A stretch of DNA of 64,000 bases from Octopus sinensis (Eukaryota), in assembly GCF_006345805.1 (NCBI RefSeq), contig NC_042998.1:7874001-7938000 (forward strand), read 5' to 3'. This document shows positions 37,877-51,915 of the stretch, piece by piece. The position numbers and the translations under genes are program-made. The notes under the pieces are model-generated. The model was not told the origin of the DNA and searched no databases. It saw only the letters and a program-made list of their open reading frames with translations. Each line of letters opens with the position of its first letter. Within the stretch, counting starts at the first letter, position 1.

Positions 37877-39592
37877 CTCTAACCACTGAACCACGCACCT
37901 TCATATCTCATCATTGAGCCATGCGCCTTCACGGCACCTTTCACTTTAAAACGCACCTGCTATAGATAGCAGTCAAATCTCCCCGAAACCACATTTTACC
38001 GTCTTAAAATAAGAAGGGCGCAGCAGATAATGTAGTTCTAAGTATTCTTCCCAAAATTCGGGATGATTACGAGTAGAAAGTATTTCATTACGAGACTGTT
38101 TGGATTAGAGGTAGACTGAAACAAAATAACATCAACAACTGAGACAAACACTTTCACTTGAATTATCCTCTTCAATAGACATCGCCTATATAATGACCCA
38201 CAAAGTGAAACCGGTGACTTCATAACAGACTTATAACCCTCATATTTATTATACTTTTGTTTTATTTTTTCAATGGTTTTTTTTAATAGATAATTGAAGT
38301 TTGTTAGCCTTAATGACAGCAGGTCGGTCGCCATGTTTTCCTACCCGTCAACCCATTTATTAGTTTAGTCTAAACACACGAACCTCCCTTTTGCAGCAAC
38401 CGTATTTCCCCCGCCCCCATCCACATCATTATCATCCACCGCCGCCAACAACTTCATTATCGCCTTTATCTCAAATACCACCTCCACATCCAGCATTACA
38501 AACAAAATCGCTATTAACACCATCACCCACATCACAACTATACTAAACTAGCGTAAATATCATTAACACTGTCACCATAACTACCGACAGCTGTACAACC
38601 AGCACAACTTCTGCATCATTCAAAATACATCTGATAGTCTTATCTATTGCTTGAGAGAAACAGTATGTAGATGTAAATCTGTATTTGGCCTGTGTAAAGT
38701 ATGGAGCATTTATCTAACCTTTTCGTGGGAATGTGCAGATTGTTGTGTTTGTCAGCCGGCGGAGAGGAACCGTTCACTTGAAGAGTAATAATAGCAATTG
38801 CATCAATAGCAACCACATAAACACCGATGTTAGCAACAACGAGGTTTCTAATTTAGGCCCAAGGTCAGCAATTTTTGAAGGGAAGGTGGTTAGGTAATTA
38901 TATCGGCCCCGGAAAGAATTATATACAAAGTTAACCTCGACTAGATTAGAACTTGGAACATAAGAAGTAGCAGCGATAATAAGGATCTCTTCTGTATTAA
39001 TCACAATGACTCAGAGATACGCAAGACGGATTAGATGCACAAAGATGTGGTGGGGGGGGGTTGAAAGCTATTATATAAAAGTGCAGCAATGAAAAATATA
39101 TAAAACAAAAATTTATATCGAAATAATTTAAAAGAAATATGATAAAACGCAGAATAATTACAACAATATATCTATATAACAATTAGATCTTTACTTGCGT
39201 TCATCAGGGTGCCCCACATTTCTGATCTGTGCTAAAATCACCCCTATGCTATTTAGAAGATTCCAAATTTTTCTGTGGGATTTTGTATTGGGTAAGTGAA
39301 GATCCACGTGCTCTGGATCATTGAATTATAGTATATTTGTATAAGGAGGGGGCGGGGTTTGATATGCAACAAGGAAAACGAATATGGAAAATTTAGAGGT
39401 ATAGGTTACAAAAATTAAGGGCTTGCAGTGAAAGAATAGACAGTATAGACAATTTTTCAATGTCCCTAGAATAAAACCACCATTTGAGATCCATCTACGA
39501 ATACCAAAGACCCTTGCAGCTAAAGGCAAATGCTATAGTCAAGCTGTCATTCTTTAATCTTTACGTGTATGTTGAAGATGTTCTCTATGCTC

Positions 39593-39982
39593 GTGGAGGC
39601 GCAATGGCCCAGTGGTTAGGGCAGCGGACTCGCGGTCATAGGATCGCGGTTTCGATTCCCAGACCGAGCGTTGTGAGTGTTTATTGAGCGAAAACACCTA
39701 AAGCTCCACGAGGCTCCGGCAGGGGATGGTGGTGATCCCTGCTGTACTCTTTCACCACAACTTTCTCTCACTCTTACTTCCTGTTTCTGTTGTACCTGTA
39801 TTTCAAAGGGCCGGCCTTGTCACTCTGTGTGTCACGCTGAATATCCCCGAGAACTACGTTAAGGGTACACGTGTCTGTGGAGTGCTCAGCCACTTACACG
39901 TTAATTTCACGAGCAGGCTGTTCCGTTGATTCGGATCAACTGGGACCCACGTCGTCTTAACCGACGGAGTGCTTCCATTCCA
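39593..39982 (+). mobile_element. SINE family C long-tail
   Basis: Near-identical to 15106 and 21401 copies. Confidence 0.9.
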
Positions 39983-41975
39983 TCTCTAAGCTCACTGATG
40001 TCTTTGAACTTTTGATAAAATTTACAAGTGTGGATTACGATCTTCATCTTCATTCTTACTTCTATTTCTAGGTGGGCTTGGAAAAGGCGGATGAGGGCCT
40101 GACCGATAAGAAAAAATATTATTTCAGCTCTTTCAGTCGCTTCCACCCCACAGCTTCCTTTGCCATACTCCTCATGCGAACCCAAACTGCATAATGTTCA
40201 AGAAAACGATAGGGGGGTTTTCATGAAGGATCAGCCGATAGCCGGATTCGTCCTACGAGCGCCCGAAAAAAAAACGGTTATTTCTTAATTTGGCACGAGG
40301 TCATTTATTTTTTTTAGGAGACTATAGCGTCCGTCGATCCACTATTCATACTTCTTCGCTATCTTCACAACAATAATGATTCTTTAATAGTCACGAGGCT
40401 ACACATTTTAATGTATGAAGATAGATATTCGAATAACTCGACCCGCGTTTGTTACAAGTACTAATTTATTGACGTTTGGAGGATAAAATGCGGTGTTGAA
40501 ACTACTGTTGTTTGTGCTTAGAATATAAATAGTCTAAATGCTTTGTGTTAGACAAGACGTTCAATCGAATGCTCTACCAGTTTTTATTATTCCCTATATG
40601 ATTCCTTATACTTGTGCGTGATCCCAGATATATCGAAGAAGAAATATAATCGATGGACACGTACTCAATACAAAACTAGTATTTATTGTAACGTGTGTTG
40701 TGTCAAAGTCAAAGACGGTTTCATAGTCATACATTGTTGGATATATTCTGTAGGGTTTGTAAGACATTAAGTTTAGAGTAACAACGGAAGACATGTTCGG
40801 CAATTGAAGTATAATGTATAATCGATCATTCGCAGGAAAACGCACGTATAACGGATATGACACGTTTTGGCAAAGCCACTTTGGCACAAACGTTCTAGTG
40901 CCGCCTAGTAGGTGTCGCTGATTTGATGCTGACTTATTTGACATCAGGCATTTTAATGATTCTCTTATTCTCTCACTCTATCCTCGTTCTCTCTCCCTCC
41001 CTCCCTCTGCATTTATGTGTGAGATTTTTCTCTTTATATGGATGATGAGAAAGGAGAGGGAAAGTGTTTATGCCAATCGTGTTCAATTAATGAACTGTGA
41101 TGTCTTTCTCTCCTTCTCTCTCTCCCCGCTCTCACTCTCATCCTTTCAATCTGCACGTCTGTAGGTATATATTTCTGTGCGCGCGGGTTTCCCCTCCAGC
41201 GCTGGAAGGTAATTTCGCCAAAGCTGAATGTCCAGTCATCTGTGCCATATCGACAGCGTCCAAACAGCCGCACGCAATCACTTCCTTCCGTTGAGTAATG
41301 TGAGAAAGAAAACACCAACAACAAAACTAGGATTATCCCAACGCAGTTTTGTTGTCAGAACAACCAATACCTTTGTTGCTGATGTTCTTTCGTTCGTTGT
41401 TTCGCCCCAAGTCAACCTTGACATCAAGTAGTCTTATGAATCAAAGGCATTTCATCCGTGAACATCCTGTACTTTAAAGGGTGAGTAGGACGAAGCTATA
41501 TAACGTCTCTTTTCTTTATATCAAAATAGTATTGCGCATGGGTAATATCTGAAAGATAAAAATAAAAGGATTGCCTTCTATTTCTAGCAGGTCAAATGGC
41601 CGCATTGATTCAGAACTAATGCGATCTCAATGACTCGGAACTAATACGGTAACAATATCACGAGTTATATAAACGCAACAGCAGCAGTGAGAATATGTTT
41701 TAGCTTTTTAATTTAGTCATTGGACTGTGACCGTGCAGGGGCGCTAAATTGAAAGTTTTAGTCGAATAAATCTACTCCAGCACTTATTTTATTCAAATCT
41801 GGCGCTTATCTTATTGATCTGTTTTGCCGAACATTTACTTATGAGAAAGTATACTCATCAACACAGGTTAAGCAGTGGTGGGGGATCAAACGCAAAGACA
41901 CAGACACACATGCACACATAGAGGACGGATTTCCACACAGTTTTCGTCAAGCAAATTCACTCAACGCATTTAGTA

Positions 41976-42336
41976 CCCTAAAGTTCAACCCCTCCTCAAA
42001 GCAGTAGGCTGGTGTAAACGGGCAGTGTCAGAGCTATGCCGTCGGGAACTTCGGTTCCTGGTAGGGCCACCCAGGGTGGATTGGTCAGGCACCGAGCGGT
42101 ATTAGGGCCGCAACCTGGTGAAAATTCCAAGACGCGTCTGATCGGCAACCGGCGGCTTCGAGGTCGTTCTGTTCCTGCGTCTGTCGAGACTCCGCGGCAA
42201 ACAGGGCGTCTTGTCACTCGGGATATGCATGCTGGATGTCGAGGACCGCTTGTGAATTCAATATTATCACGAAACTTCTATAGAAGCCGGCTCAACCCGC
42301 CCTGGATGAACGCCGTCACAAGTACAAGTAAGTAAG
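41976..42336 (+). mobile_element. Short GC-rich RTE-derived non-autonomous retroelement inside a family A SINE
   Basis: 10-bp TSD GCATTTAGTA; GAGCTATGCC...CCTGGTAGGGCCACCC resembles RTE 5'UTRs; (AAGT)n tail. Confidence 0.65.
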
Positions 42337-42826
42337 GCATTTAGTAGAAGATGCTTACCCAATGTGCCGCTTCACAGGGACGGAACACGAATCCATCACA
42401 GTTGCAAAGTGAAATTCTTAACAACACGGCCTTATCTGCGCCCATAGTAGAACTAGGAGAACAAACTTTAACCTGTTTATATAAACATTAAGTTTATATA
42501 AACTTGATGTTTATATATCCCCTTGCGTAGATTAGTACATCCGCGTTCTTGATCAGATTTGTGGTTACGTTGGCTTTATTTACAGTCCGGTTCAACTGCA
42601 TAACCCGTGAGTGTTTCAAGGGAGTTCGTTCTCTTGCACACATTTTGGACCGGATCTCCGGTTTGAGAGGATAATTTCGTTCCACTGTCTCGGAGTCCCT
42701 GGAAAGAGTTTTGAGCATTACTCTTCATCCTCTCAATGATCATATGAAGGAAAATTAAATTGAATTAAACTTCATCTATTTCTCGGTTTAACACCAGTTC
42801 CTGGTTCTGATGTACCTTTGCTGTAT

Positions 42827-43129
42827 GTTTGTTCCTTCTCGAGCCATGCCTAGCTCATAAGGGCCGGTTTCTCGGTTTCCTTGGCGTATAGGTTCCCCAC
42901 CTGGATGGGACGCCAGTCCGTCGCAGGTGAGCTGCATGATGTAGGAGGAAAGAGTGAGAGAAAGTTGTGGCGAAAGAGTCAGCAGAAGTTTGCCATTACC
43001 TTCTGCCGCAGCCGCGTGAAGCTTAGGTGTTTCGCTCATAAACGCACACATCGTTCGGTCTGAGACTCGAACCCGCGATCCCTCGACCGCGAGTCCGCTG
43101 CCCTAACCACTAGGCCATGTGCCTCCACA
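42827..43129 (-). mobile_element. SINE family C short-tail
   Basis: Homology to 18303-18606. Confidence 0.8.
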
Positions 43130-44976
43130 CCTTTGCTATAGCCCCACTGTGAATTCAGATGAAGTCAGTGATTTGCAGACAACCTATAATGCTTGTTTTC
43201 TTCTTCCCGTCCATCACGCCAGTCTTCGAAATTTCACGTAAATTATTATTTGCTTTACTTTTCTTTCTCTACGTCAGACATAAAAATGTCTGTGTATTAA
43301 TGTTTGCGACAAAAACAGCGACATCAATGGCAGCAATTATGTTAATCAATAGCAGCATCAGCTGTAGAAGGTCACTCTAATGACAACAACCCCTCAGCAG
43401 CTAAAGCAGCTACAATGTCAGCATTACATAACAAGGAGAACGAGCCAAAAAGGAGCCTCTGTGTGGTCAACTGACATGATGGAAATTGCAGTCAAACCTC
43501 CTTCAAATCGGAACCTACTGGTTATACAAAGTGTTCCTAAATTCAGTATATCGGAATAAAAGAGAGTAGTCACAGTTGGAATCTTTTTTGCTCATTAGTC
43601 AGCTTGTCTTCATTAAGGGTGACCTAGTAATCAACTACAGCAATGGGTTATAGTTGGAACCTGTATGAGGTTGCTTACTTCTTAGGAATAATAATATTTC
43701 AAATCACATCTTGACGTCTTGATAAAAGAAGGCTGCACAGTCCTAGTTACAATCAGCCTGAAATAAGACTAGAAGGTCTTTGATCCAGGGGTATTTTCGC
43801 TCTAGGCAGGAGGACCTGTCTGAGCAAGATATTAACAAAAACAGGAACAAAAACATTGACGTAAGCAATTGTTTTATGCCGAGTTGTAATAACAACCTCA
43901 AGGAAGTGGTGCTAGACAGAAAGACTAAAAACTTAGGTAACGAACCAAACCTAATTGATTATATAGGACAAGTGCAATAGTGTGACACGAAATATAAAAT
44001 AATATTGTACAATAATATTCTACATCAAAACTTATTCGTTTCGCATTTCGTGTCTCACTGAACATCAGATTATAAATCACTGGCGAACTTAGTTTGGAAA
44101 TTTAAAACAAAAATGAAAGAAACCAGGTTTGAAAAATTAGATATTTAAACATATATATAGAAAACAATGGCTTACCTTGTCTTTTAAAAAAATACGAATT
44201 ACACATATATTGAAGACGCTCAAGCATTACTGTGGATTTTCTAAAGCATTGAACGATATTTTTATATTTTTATAAAACGGCAGCAAAACAACTGTTTTCT
44301 TTACACTCTGACATTTTAGAAAAGATACATTGGACAATCACTTATATGTGACGAGATGATGAAGAGTAGAAGGCTTTTGGTCATAAGTGTATTCAATCAA
44401 AGCTGACTGGAGGCTAGACAACAGCAAAATACTCTAAACGAATCATGGGCAACCTGCGGCCCGTAGAACTTTCTGAATGGCACACCTAAAGAAAATAATA
44501 CCTTCAACCTTTTTTTTTTTTTTAAGTGCAGCCCTTCTTCTGATGAGCCATGTTTCTTGCGGTCCGCTTCTCGAAAAAAATTACCCACGCCTTCTCTAAA
44601 CGGCATTACACAATAATTATATAATGTAAGTCTAAATTTATTATGATGACATTAAAATCATCAACAGCAGCAATAACAAACACAGACACTGCAGCAACCA
44701 CAAAAACTATAGCTTCAGTGATCAATAATTATAAGTAGAAGTTGAATTAGTTATAATAAACGGAATATTGAATATCGAATATTGAACATTGAATATTAAA
44801 GTCGATCTACTGAGGAAATGATTATCACCCGAAGCATAAAAATATTGAAATCCTTCAAAATACTAAATCAAGTTTTACTTATTATATTTCAGACTATAAA
44901 AATAGATTACATTGTATTACATTGTATACTTGGTAATGTTGAAAAATAAAATTAATGTTGAGGTCTGTTATGTTCT

Positions 44977-45573
44977 TATTTCTTTATTACCCACAAGGGG
45001 CTAAACACAGAGGGCACAAAAAAGGACAGACAAATGGAATAAGTCACTTACATCGACCCCAGTGCGTAACTGGTACTTAATTTATCGACCCCGAAACGAT
45101 GAAAGGCAAAGTCGACCTCGGCGGAATTTGAACTCAGAACGTAAAGGCAGACGAAATACCTATTTCTTTACTACCCACAAGGAGCTAAACACAGAGAGGA
45201 CAGACAAACGGATTAAGTCGATTACATCGACCCCAGTGCGTAACTGGTACTTTTTTAATCGACCCCGAAAGGATGAAAGGCAAAGTCGATCTCGGCGGAA
45301 TTTCAACTCAGAACATAGCGGCAGACGAAATACCTATTTCTATTTCTTTACTACCCACAAGGGGCTAAACACAGAGAGGACAAAGAAGGACAGACAAACG
45401 GATTAAGTCGATTACATCGACCCCAGTGCGTAACTGGTACTTATTTAACCGACCCCGAAAGAATGAAAGGCAAAGTCGAAGTCGGCGGAATTTGAACTCA
45501 GAACGTAACGGCAGACGAAATACCGCTGAGCATTTCGTCCGGCGTGAAAACGGTTCTGCCAGCTCGCCGCCTT
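44977..45573 (-). mobile_element. Family B trimer array
   Basis: Outer TSD AGGTCTGTTATGTTCT (44961-44976, 45574-45589); both inner junctions GAAATA|GGTATTTCGTCTGCC. Confidence 0.92.
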
Positions 45574-46149
45574 AGGTCTGTTATGTTCTATACATCTTTA
45601 GCCTTCTATGTTTTATGTACAATGTAGTTGTTCTTGCTTAACCAGAAACTAATTCTTATCATGCTTTGGCCACCCACTTTTTTATAGGAACACGGTACAT
45701 CGCATTACATTAACAAATGTATTTTATTCTTATTCAAGGGTGTTGGATGTGGTTTGAATTCTCGAGTAGGTACAGCGACCACAATAGAAATTCCATCGCT
45801 GTCTAATTTCCCGCTTCTAAGGCATTTCTCTTCAATTTCAATGCTACTTCCTTTAGGTAAAGATAAGTAAATATATCTTTCCTAAACAAATGACATGTTA
45901 AGTCGCAAGAAAACCAATATTTTATACATGCAAGAAAATGTTATGTTTTTGATATGTAACTGAAACCAGATTGTATACAGGCCTTTACCGGAAGTGTGAA
46001 TACATTTGAAAGCACACAGTTATGATCTGTCATTAATGTCCTCTGACCGAATCGGATATTGCTTCTCAACTTGGCAGCCACGGTGGCCGTGTTTATGAGT
46101 GTTCAGAGCATTAGTTGTAAATTTGCGCTAATATACTTTTATACTAGTT

Positions 46150-46155
46150 GCCGTG

Positions 46156-46191
<36 letters not shown>

Positions 46192-46206
46192 TTAAAATCT
46201 AAAATA

Positions 46207-46249
<43 letters not shown>

Positions 46250-46986
46250 GTGTTATCATGTACATTGTTTTGTCTTGGTATAAAAGATGGGCTACAGCAA
46301 ATATTCTGCTCAATACCACAGATTTGCTTGTCAGTTGTTTGACCTTAACCAGTTGAGCATGTCCCTTGTGGCTGCGATATGTGCATCTCTGATCACGAGC
46401 AGAAGTAGTGGGGGAGCATCATAGCCATGTGTTGAGAGGGATTCCTTGGGGTTTGAATAATTCACCTCTGGAAATAGGGTGGTTCTTTTCAACATCCTTA
46501 AACAACCCTTATTCAGGGACCGTTTGAGCGGGATGGGCTACTCAACACCTGAAGAAAAATTCTAACTGGGCCCACCTGCAAGGTCATGTGCTGTTTATCT
46601 TGATATGAGATCACCATGTCGCGCACATTGGTTGTGATGCATGTGCCTGGTGTGCCTATCAGACGGGTAGTCATGATGGGTATATTGGGCTTCGTATATT
46701 TTACCCCAGTGTCACTTTGATGGCATGAACTGCTCTCTCACTCAATAATAATAATAATAACATTAATAAATATATAATAACATAATAATAATAATAATAA
46801 TAATAATGATAACAATAATAATAATGACAATAAATAATAATAATAATAACATTAATAATAATAATAATATAATAATAATAATAACAATATAATAATAATA
46901 ACATTAAAATAATAATAATAATAATAATAATGATAACAATAATAAATGACAATAATAATATAATAATAACATTAATAATAATAATA

Positions 46987-47022
<36 letters not shown>

Positions 47023-47126
47023 TTAATAATAATAATAATAATGATAACAATAATAATAATGACAATATTAATAATAATAATAATAATAATAATAATGGTA
47101 CTAAGAGTAGAAGTAATAATAATAAT
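46150..47126. repeat. (AAT)n tract interrupted by a ~500-bp insert (46250-46743)
   Basis: Visible; explains the poly-I/L/Y ORFs. Confidence 0.95.
46250..46743 (+). mobile_element. Possible 3'UTR of a (TAA)n-targeting Dong/R4-clade LINE
   Basis: Non-coding segment embedded in (TAA)n on both sides. Clade inferred only from the target. Confidence 0.45.
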
Positions 47127-48149
47127 TGTCTCAAATTTTGGCAAAGTTCAAGAATTCTGAGGAGGAGGAGGAAATTGATTACGATTAACCTCAGTGAGTA
47201 ATACTTTACTTTATCGATCCCGAAAGGATGAAAGACAAAGTTAACCTCTGTGGCATTTCAACTCAGAACTTAAAGCCGGGAGAAATGCCACTAAACATTT
47301 TGTCCGACGCGGCAGCAGCAACGGCAATAGCAGCAGTAGTAGTAGTAGTAGTAGCAGTAGTAGCAGCAACAAAAACAAAGACAATAATTCCCTTATTTTT
47401 AACCATTGCAGCTTAATACATAGAATGTTATAAAAGATGTTATAAAAACATGGAGTGATGTACATATAAGAAGGGTATATTAAATACGAGGGGACGTTAT
47501 ATAATGGTTTAAGACGTATTTCTTACTATGTACACAAATATGTAAATGAGTACGTGTGCATACAGATATATGTATATATATATATAGGGGGAATTCACAA
47601 AAAAACAAAAGTCGAAGACAGGTGGTGTAGACAACAAACAGATGTATTAGTTTAACGCTCGGGAAGTGAAAAAGTGTTTAACGTTTCGAGCCTAAGCTCT
47701 TCCACAGAAAGGAACTCAGAAAGAAACAAGGAGAGAAAATAAAGAATGTGCAGTGGCTAACGATTTATCATGGCGAATGTATATATATAAGAGTGTAAAT
47801 AGACCATAAAAGGCGGGGAAACAAACCACCTACACACGATGAGAAACAAGCCCATAGGTTTGATCAGGATACCAAAAGCCTGACCAAATTCCCCTTCCGT
47901 GTATTCCCAAAAGCACTAGTGAGTAACTCATATGGCGCAGTATGGATGAGAATAAACCTACATCTGTTCATTGGTTAAGAAATAACTGTTCATAAACGCA
48001 TAGCTGCAGGTTATCACTGCCACGAAATTTGCTCTTGTGCAAGATTTTTCTGATTGTTTGCTATTATATAAACAATGAATTTTACATAATTCCTGTGAAA
48101 TATGAGCTTTCCTCGCATATTTCACTCGCTTTCTGCTTAGAGATTTCTC

Positions 48150-48590
48150 TCTTTTTTCTTCTTTTTTTTTTAGTTAGGGATATTGCCTTTAAAGCTTTCT
48201 CAGCTGCCCAATTCTTCAACATTGTCGCAAGACGACAGGGTGGCACTATTAGTGGTCTAATCATCAGTCCTTGTTAGTGAAGACAAGGCTATTTTTCTCA
48301 CTATCCTCAGCGGCAACCTCTGGTACTCTGGAAACAGTCATTTTATAGTAACTACTATCGTCTGCTTTCCCTCTTTCCCTGCTTTTCAGGCTTCTCTGAG
48401 CAGAAACCGTCAAAGAGGCCTCGTTACCATAAGAGTAAGAGCCAAACAAGACCCATCGTCTCTCCCTCTACATCCACAATAGAGTACAACTTCAGCATAA
48501 GTTGGAGGTTTTCCGGTGCTAACAGAATTTGTATCTCTAACCTAAATCACCGCAATCACATTATTTGGTATCACCAAGACGCTCGCCATT
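48150..48590 (-). pseudogene. Decayed LINE ORF1 remnant
   Basis: RRERRWVLF, KMTVSRVPEV and PPCRL(C) echo RRGKKFGTV, RIKITRVPPEV and KPRCFLC of the ORF1 at 30122; several stops. Confidence 0.45.
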
Positions 48591-48991
48591 TGTTTTTAAA
48601 ATTCGTTTTTATGCATTGAAAACTATTTCATTTTTCTGTTTTTTTTTGTTTTTTTTTTCATTATTGTTCTGTTATATTTGTGCGTGTGTGTGTATCTAGT
48701 GATTCTTGTTAGTACTACATCTCACTCCTCAAGTAGAAAATGCCATACTGAATTCAAAACATATATACAATTTCATTGTTTTTTTTCTTGATTTAAAAAA
48801 AAACTTTTTTTTGCTTTTGTGAGTAAAAATAAAAATATTATCTAAAAGTCAAACCTTTAGTCTTTTCCATGTGTTGATGTAGACATCCTCCCGTTCTGAA
48901 GTTCCCCGAATGCAAAATAATCTAAAAAACGAAAACATTAATTCAGTAAAACTTGACAATATAAACAGTAGCACGACATTTTAAAAATGAA

Positions 48992-49035
<44 letters not shown>

Positions 49036-49359
49036 AGAAAGAATTTGCTACAAATAATCTGGTGTTACAACTCAGTAAAAAAATAAAAATGCTGCAGAAT
49101 GAAATTTTAGTCGAGTTCAGAGCATACTATGAAATTATTTAAATGGCAAGGGAAGAGCAATTACATTAACCTCATTAGCTTACAGCTGTTTCGTGTATAA
49201 GATGCAGTGCACTCGGAGCTGAAAGCTTGTGCATCTCATTATAGCGTGCAGGAAAGAAAATCCGAGAAAGCTGCACGAACTTTCACCTCTGAGTACACTG
49301 CCTTAATTTAATTTGGAACGGTTGTACACAAACATACGTATATCTGTTATATCTTTGTA

Positions 49360-49394
<35 letters not shown>

Positions 49395-49407
49395 TTCACT
49401 TGTAAAA

Positions 49408-49745
49408 AAGGGTAAAGGCCCCACCCTTCAATCAGGAATGACCATGGGATTTCCCCTAGAAAGTTACCCTCCGAGACACAAGTCTGGGCAAGGTTGTTTA
49501 TGGAAGACTATCAGTCATCCATGCATACCTGCATCCCCTCTCCACGCCACCGATGTTATCCAAAAATCAGGGCAAAAGCCGACACAGCTATGGTACCAGC
49601 AACGTCGCGATTCATTTCCACAACTGAGTGAATTGGAGCAACGTGAAATAAAGTGTCTTGGTCAAGAGCACGACACAGAGGAATCAAACTCCATACCTCA
49701 TGATTGTGAGCCCATCTCTCTAACCACTGAGCCATACACCTTCGG
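49408..49745 (-). mobile_element. Diverged tRNA-derived SINE (further family)
   Basis: Head ATGGCTCAGTGGTTAGAG; core CAAGACACTTTATTTCACGTTGCTCCA shared with ~37530-37650. Confidence 0.6.
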
Positions 49746-50177
49746 TTCTAATTTGCCTGGTTAATGATTGATTATAATATTTCATACATTTATAATCTAA
49801 ACTTTAAAATCTCAAAGTCGTAGGTAACTCAATTTTTTTTTAAATGAGCGCAATTTTGAAAAGCGGTAATCGTCATATTTTATAAAGGGAGATGGCAGAG
49901 AGAAGAATGATAGTAGTAGTATTGTTTTTATGAGAAATTATATCTTTAGCTTTTTAGCATTTATACGGGCCATATGTGGTTCAAATATTCTAGCTGTTTT
50001 ATATTCCGACCAGCCAGATTCATGCTCCCACAATTATTCTACAATGTCAATTTTAAAATAAACAATTGCATCATAAAAAAAAATCGTGAAGCTACAATAT
50101 AACGCCTGATTAATTTAAAACAATGAGAATAAATAAGCATTACATTTAAGAACATAATTAGAATGCTACAGAGTTAG

Positions 50178-50411
50178 AAGGCGGTGAGCTGGCAGAAACG
50201 TTAGCACGCCGGGCGAAATGCTTAGCTGTATTTCGTCTGCCGTTACGTTCTCAGTTCAAATTCTGCCGAGGTCAACTTTGCCTTTCATCCTTTCGGGGTC
50301 GACAAATTAAGTACCAGTTACGCACTGGGGTCGATGCAATCGACTTAATCTCGTTGTTTGTCCTTGTTTGTCCCCTGTATGTTTAGCCCCTTGTGGGCAA
50401 TAAAGAAATAA
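50178..50411 (+). mobile_element. SINE family B, full length
   Basis: Flanked by AGAATGCTACAGA at 50160-50172 and 50411-50423. Confidence 0.9.
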
Positions 50412-50610
50412 GAATGCTACAGAAACCTCTAATATACCAATACAAAGGATTTCTTACTTTCAAACGCGCCCACTTAATTGCCTGGGTGGGAGACAGAGGA
50501 TTAAATCGATCCCGTTATATGGCTGGAGGTTGCTTTATCAAACCTTGATTGCAAGATGGGCAAAAATGACCGCAGACACATCTGAAAGCAGAACAACTGA
50601 CAAAATCAGC

Positions 50611-50710
50611 NNNNNNNNNNNNNNNNNNNNNNNNNNNNNNNNNNNNNNNNNNNNNNNNNNNNNNNNNNNNNNNNNNNNNNNNNNNNNNNNNNNNNNNNNN
50701 NNNNNNNNNN
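50611..50710. other. Assembly gap (100 N)
   Basis: N run. Confidence 1.
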
Positions 50711-51435
50711 GTATGCACACGTGTGTGTGTGTGTGTGTGTGGTGTGTGTGTGTGTGTGCATCATGCCTACACCGTAGCAACATTAATACTTCATGAAAAG
50801 CAAGACGTGATCCGAATAATAAAAGACGTGTGAAAACAATGATTAACCAAGTTTAAACCGGAGCCTCCTAACCAATGACAGATGATAGAAGTTGATGTTT
50901 ACTATAAAGCGAAGTGCATAAACTGTTGTCAGATTTACCCAATAACACACAACTCAAATCAAAACAGTGATTACACAAGATACTTTGTCTTCTGGTGCCA
51001 ATATAGGAGGTATTCCAGTACAAGAAAACCCTCGTAAAGTCTTCAGAATCCCTATCAACATATCTGGAACTCACTACGCACAGCTTCCGGTTGTTTTCGT
51101 CCATGTTTCCTGCCCTCTATCTCTGTTTATTACATTTATCTCCTTGCTGTCTTTCTCTCGTCGTCACACATTCTTTTTGCTTCTTCTTTCTTTCTTTTTT
51201 CTATCTCCCCCTTTCTTTCTCTCTCACTCTCTCTGTCTCTCTCTCTCTCTGTCTCTTTCCCTCTCACTGCTTGGTGTACACACACACACACACACAAACA
51301 GATATATAAATATATATATATCCACACACATATATATATATATATATATACTTACATAAAGACCAAAAGACCAATGTCGCGTCCGTGTTTTTTGTAATGT
51401 TTTGCGTTCTTGTCCCAGTTTGTATTTTTTTACAT

Positions 51436-51502
<67 letters not shown>

Positions 51503-51519
51503 GAATAATATATAAATAA

Positions 51520-51578
<59 letters not shown>

Positions 51579-51681
51579 AATATGAATAATATATAAATAT
51601 ATGCATATATATATATATAAAATATTATTAGAGACAAAACGACTATTATATATATATATAATATGAATAATATAAAATATA

Positions 51682-51727
<46 letters not shown>

Positions 51728-51915
51728 CATATATGCACATGCCTACATATATATATATATGCATATAGGGTACAGGACATTAAAATAAACGTGGAACACA
51801 ATGAGAAACGAAAACATAAAAACAAATATAGAAAACGAACTTTTGTTTTCGAACAACAAAAACACAAAAAACAGAGAAATGAGACGTGCAACACAAAGAA
51901 TATTTCGCCTATATT

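Noticed and set aside
41097-41330. GC-richer unique stretch, possible regulatory element or exon
   Set aside because: No paired splice sites or motifs that I can support.
44535-44585. CTGATGA...GAAA hammerhead-like words
   Set aside because: No convincing stems; it lies in a decayed hAT-like MITE.
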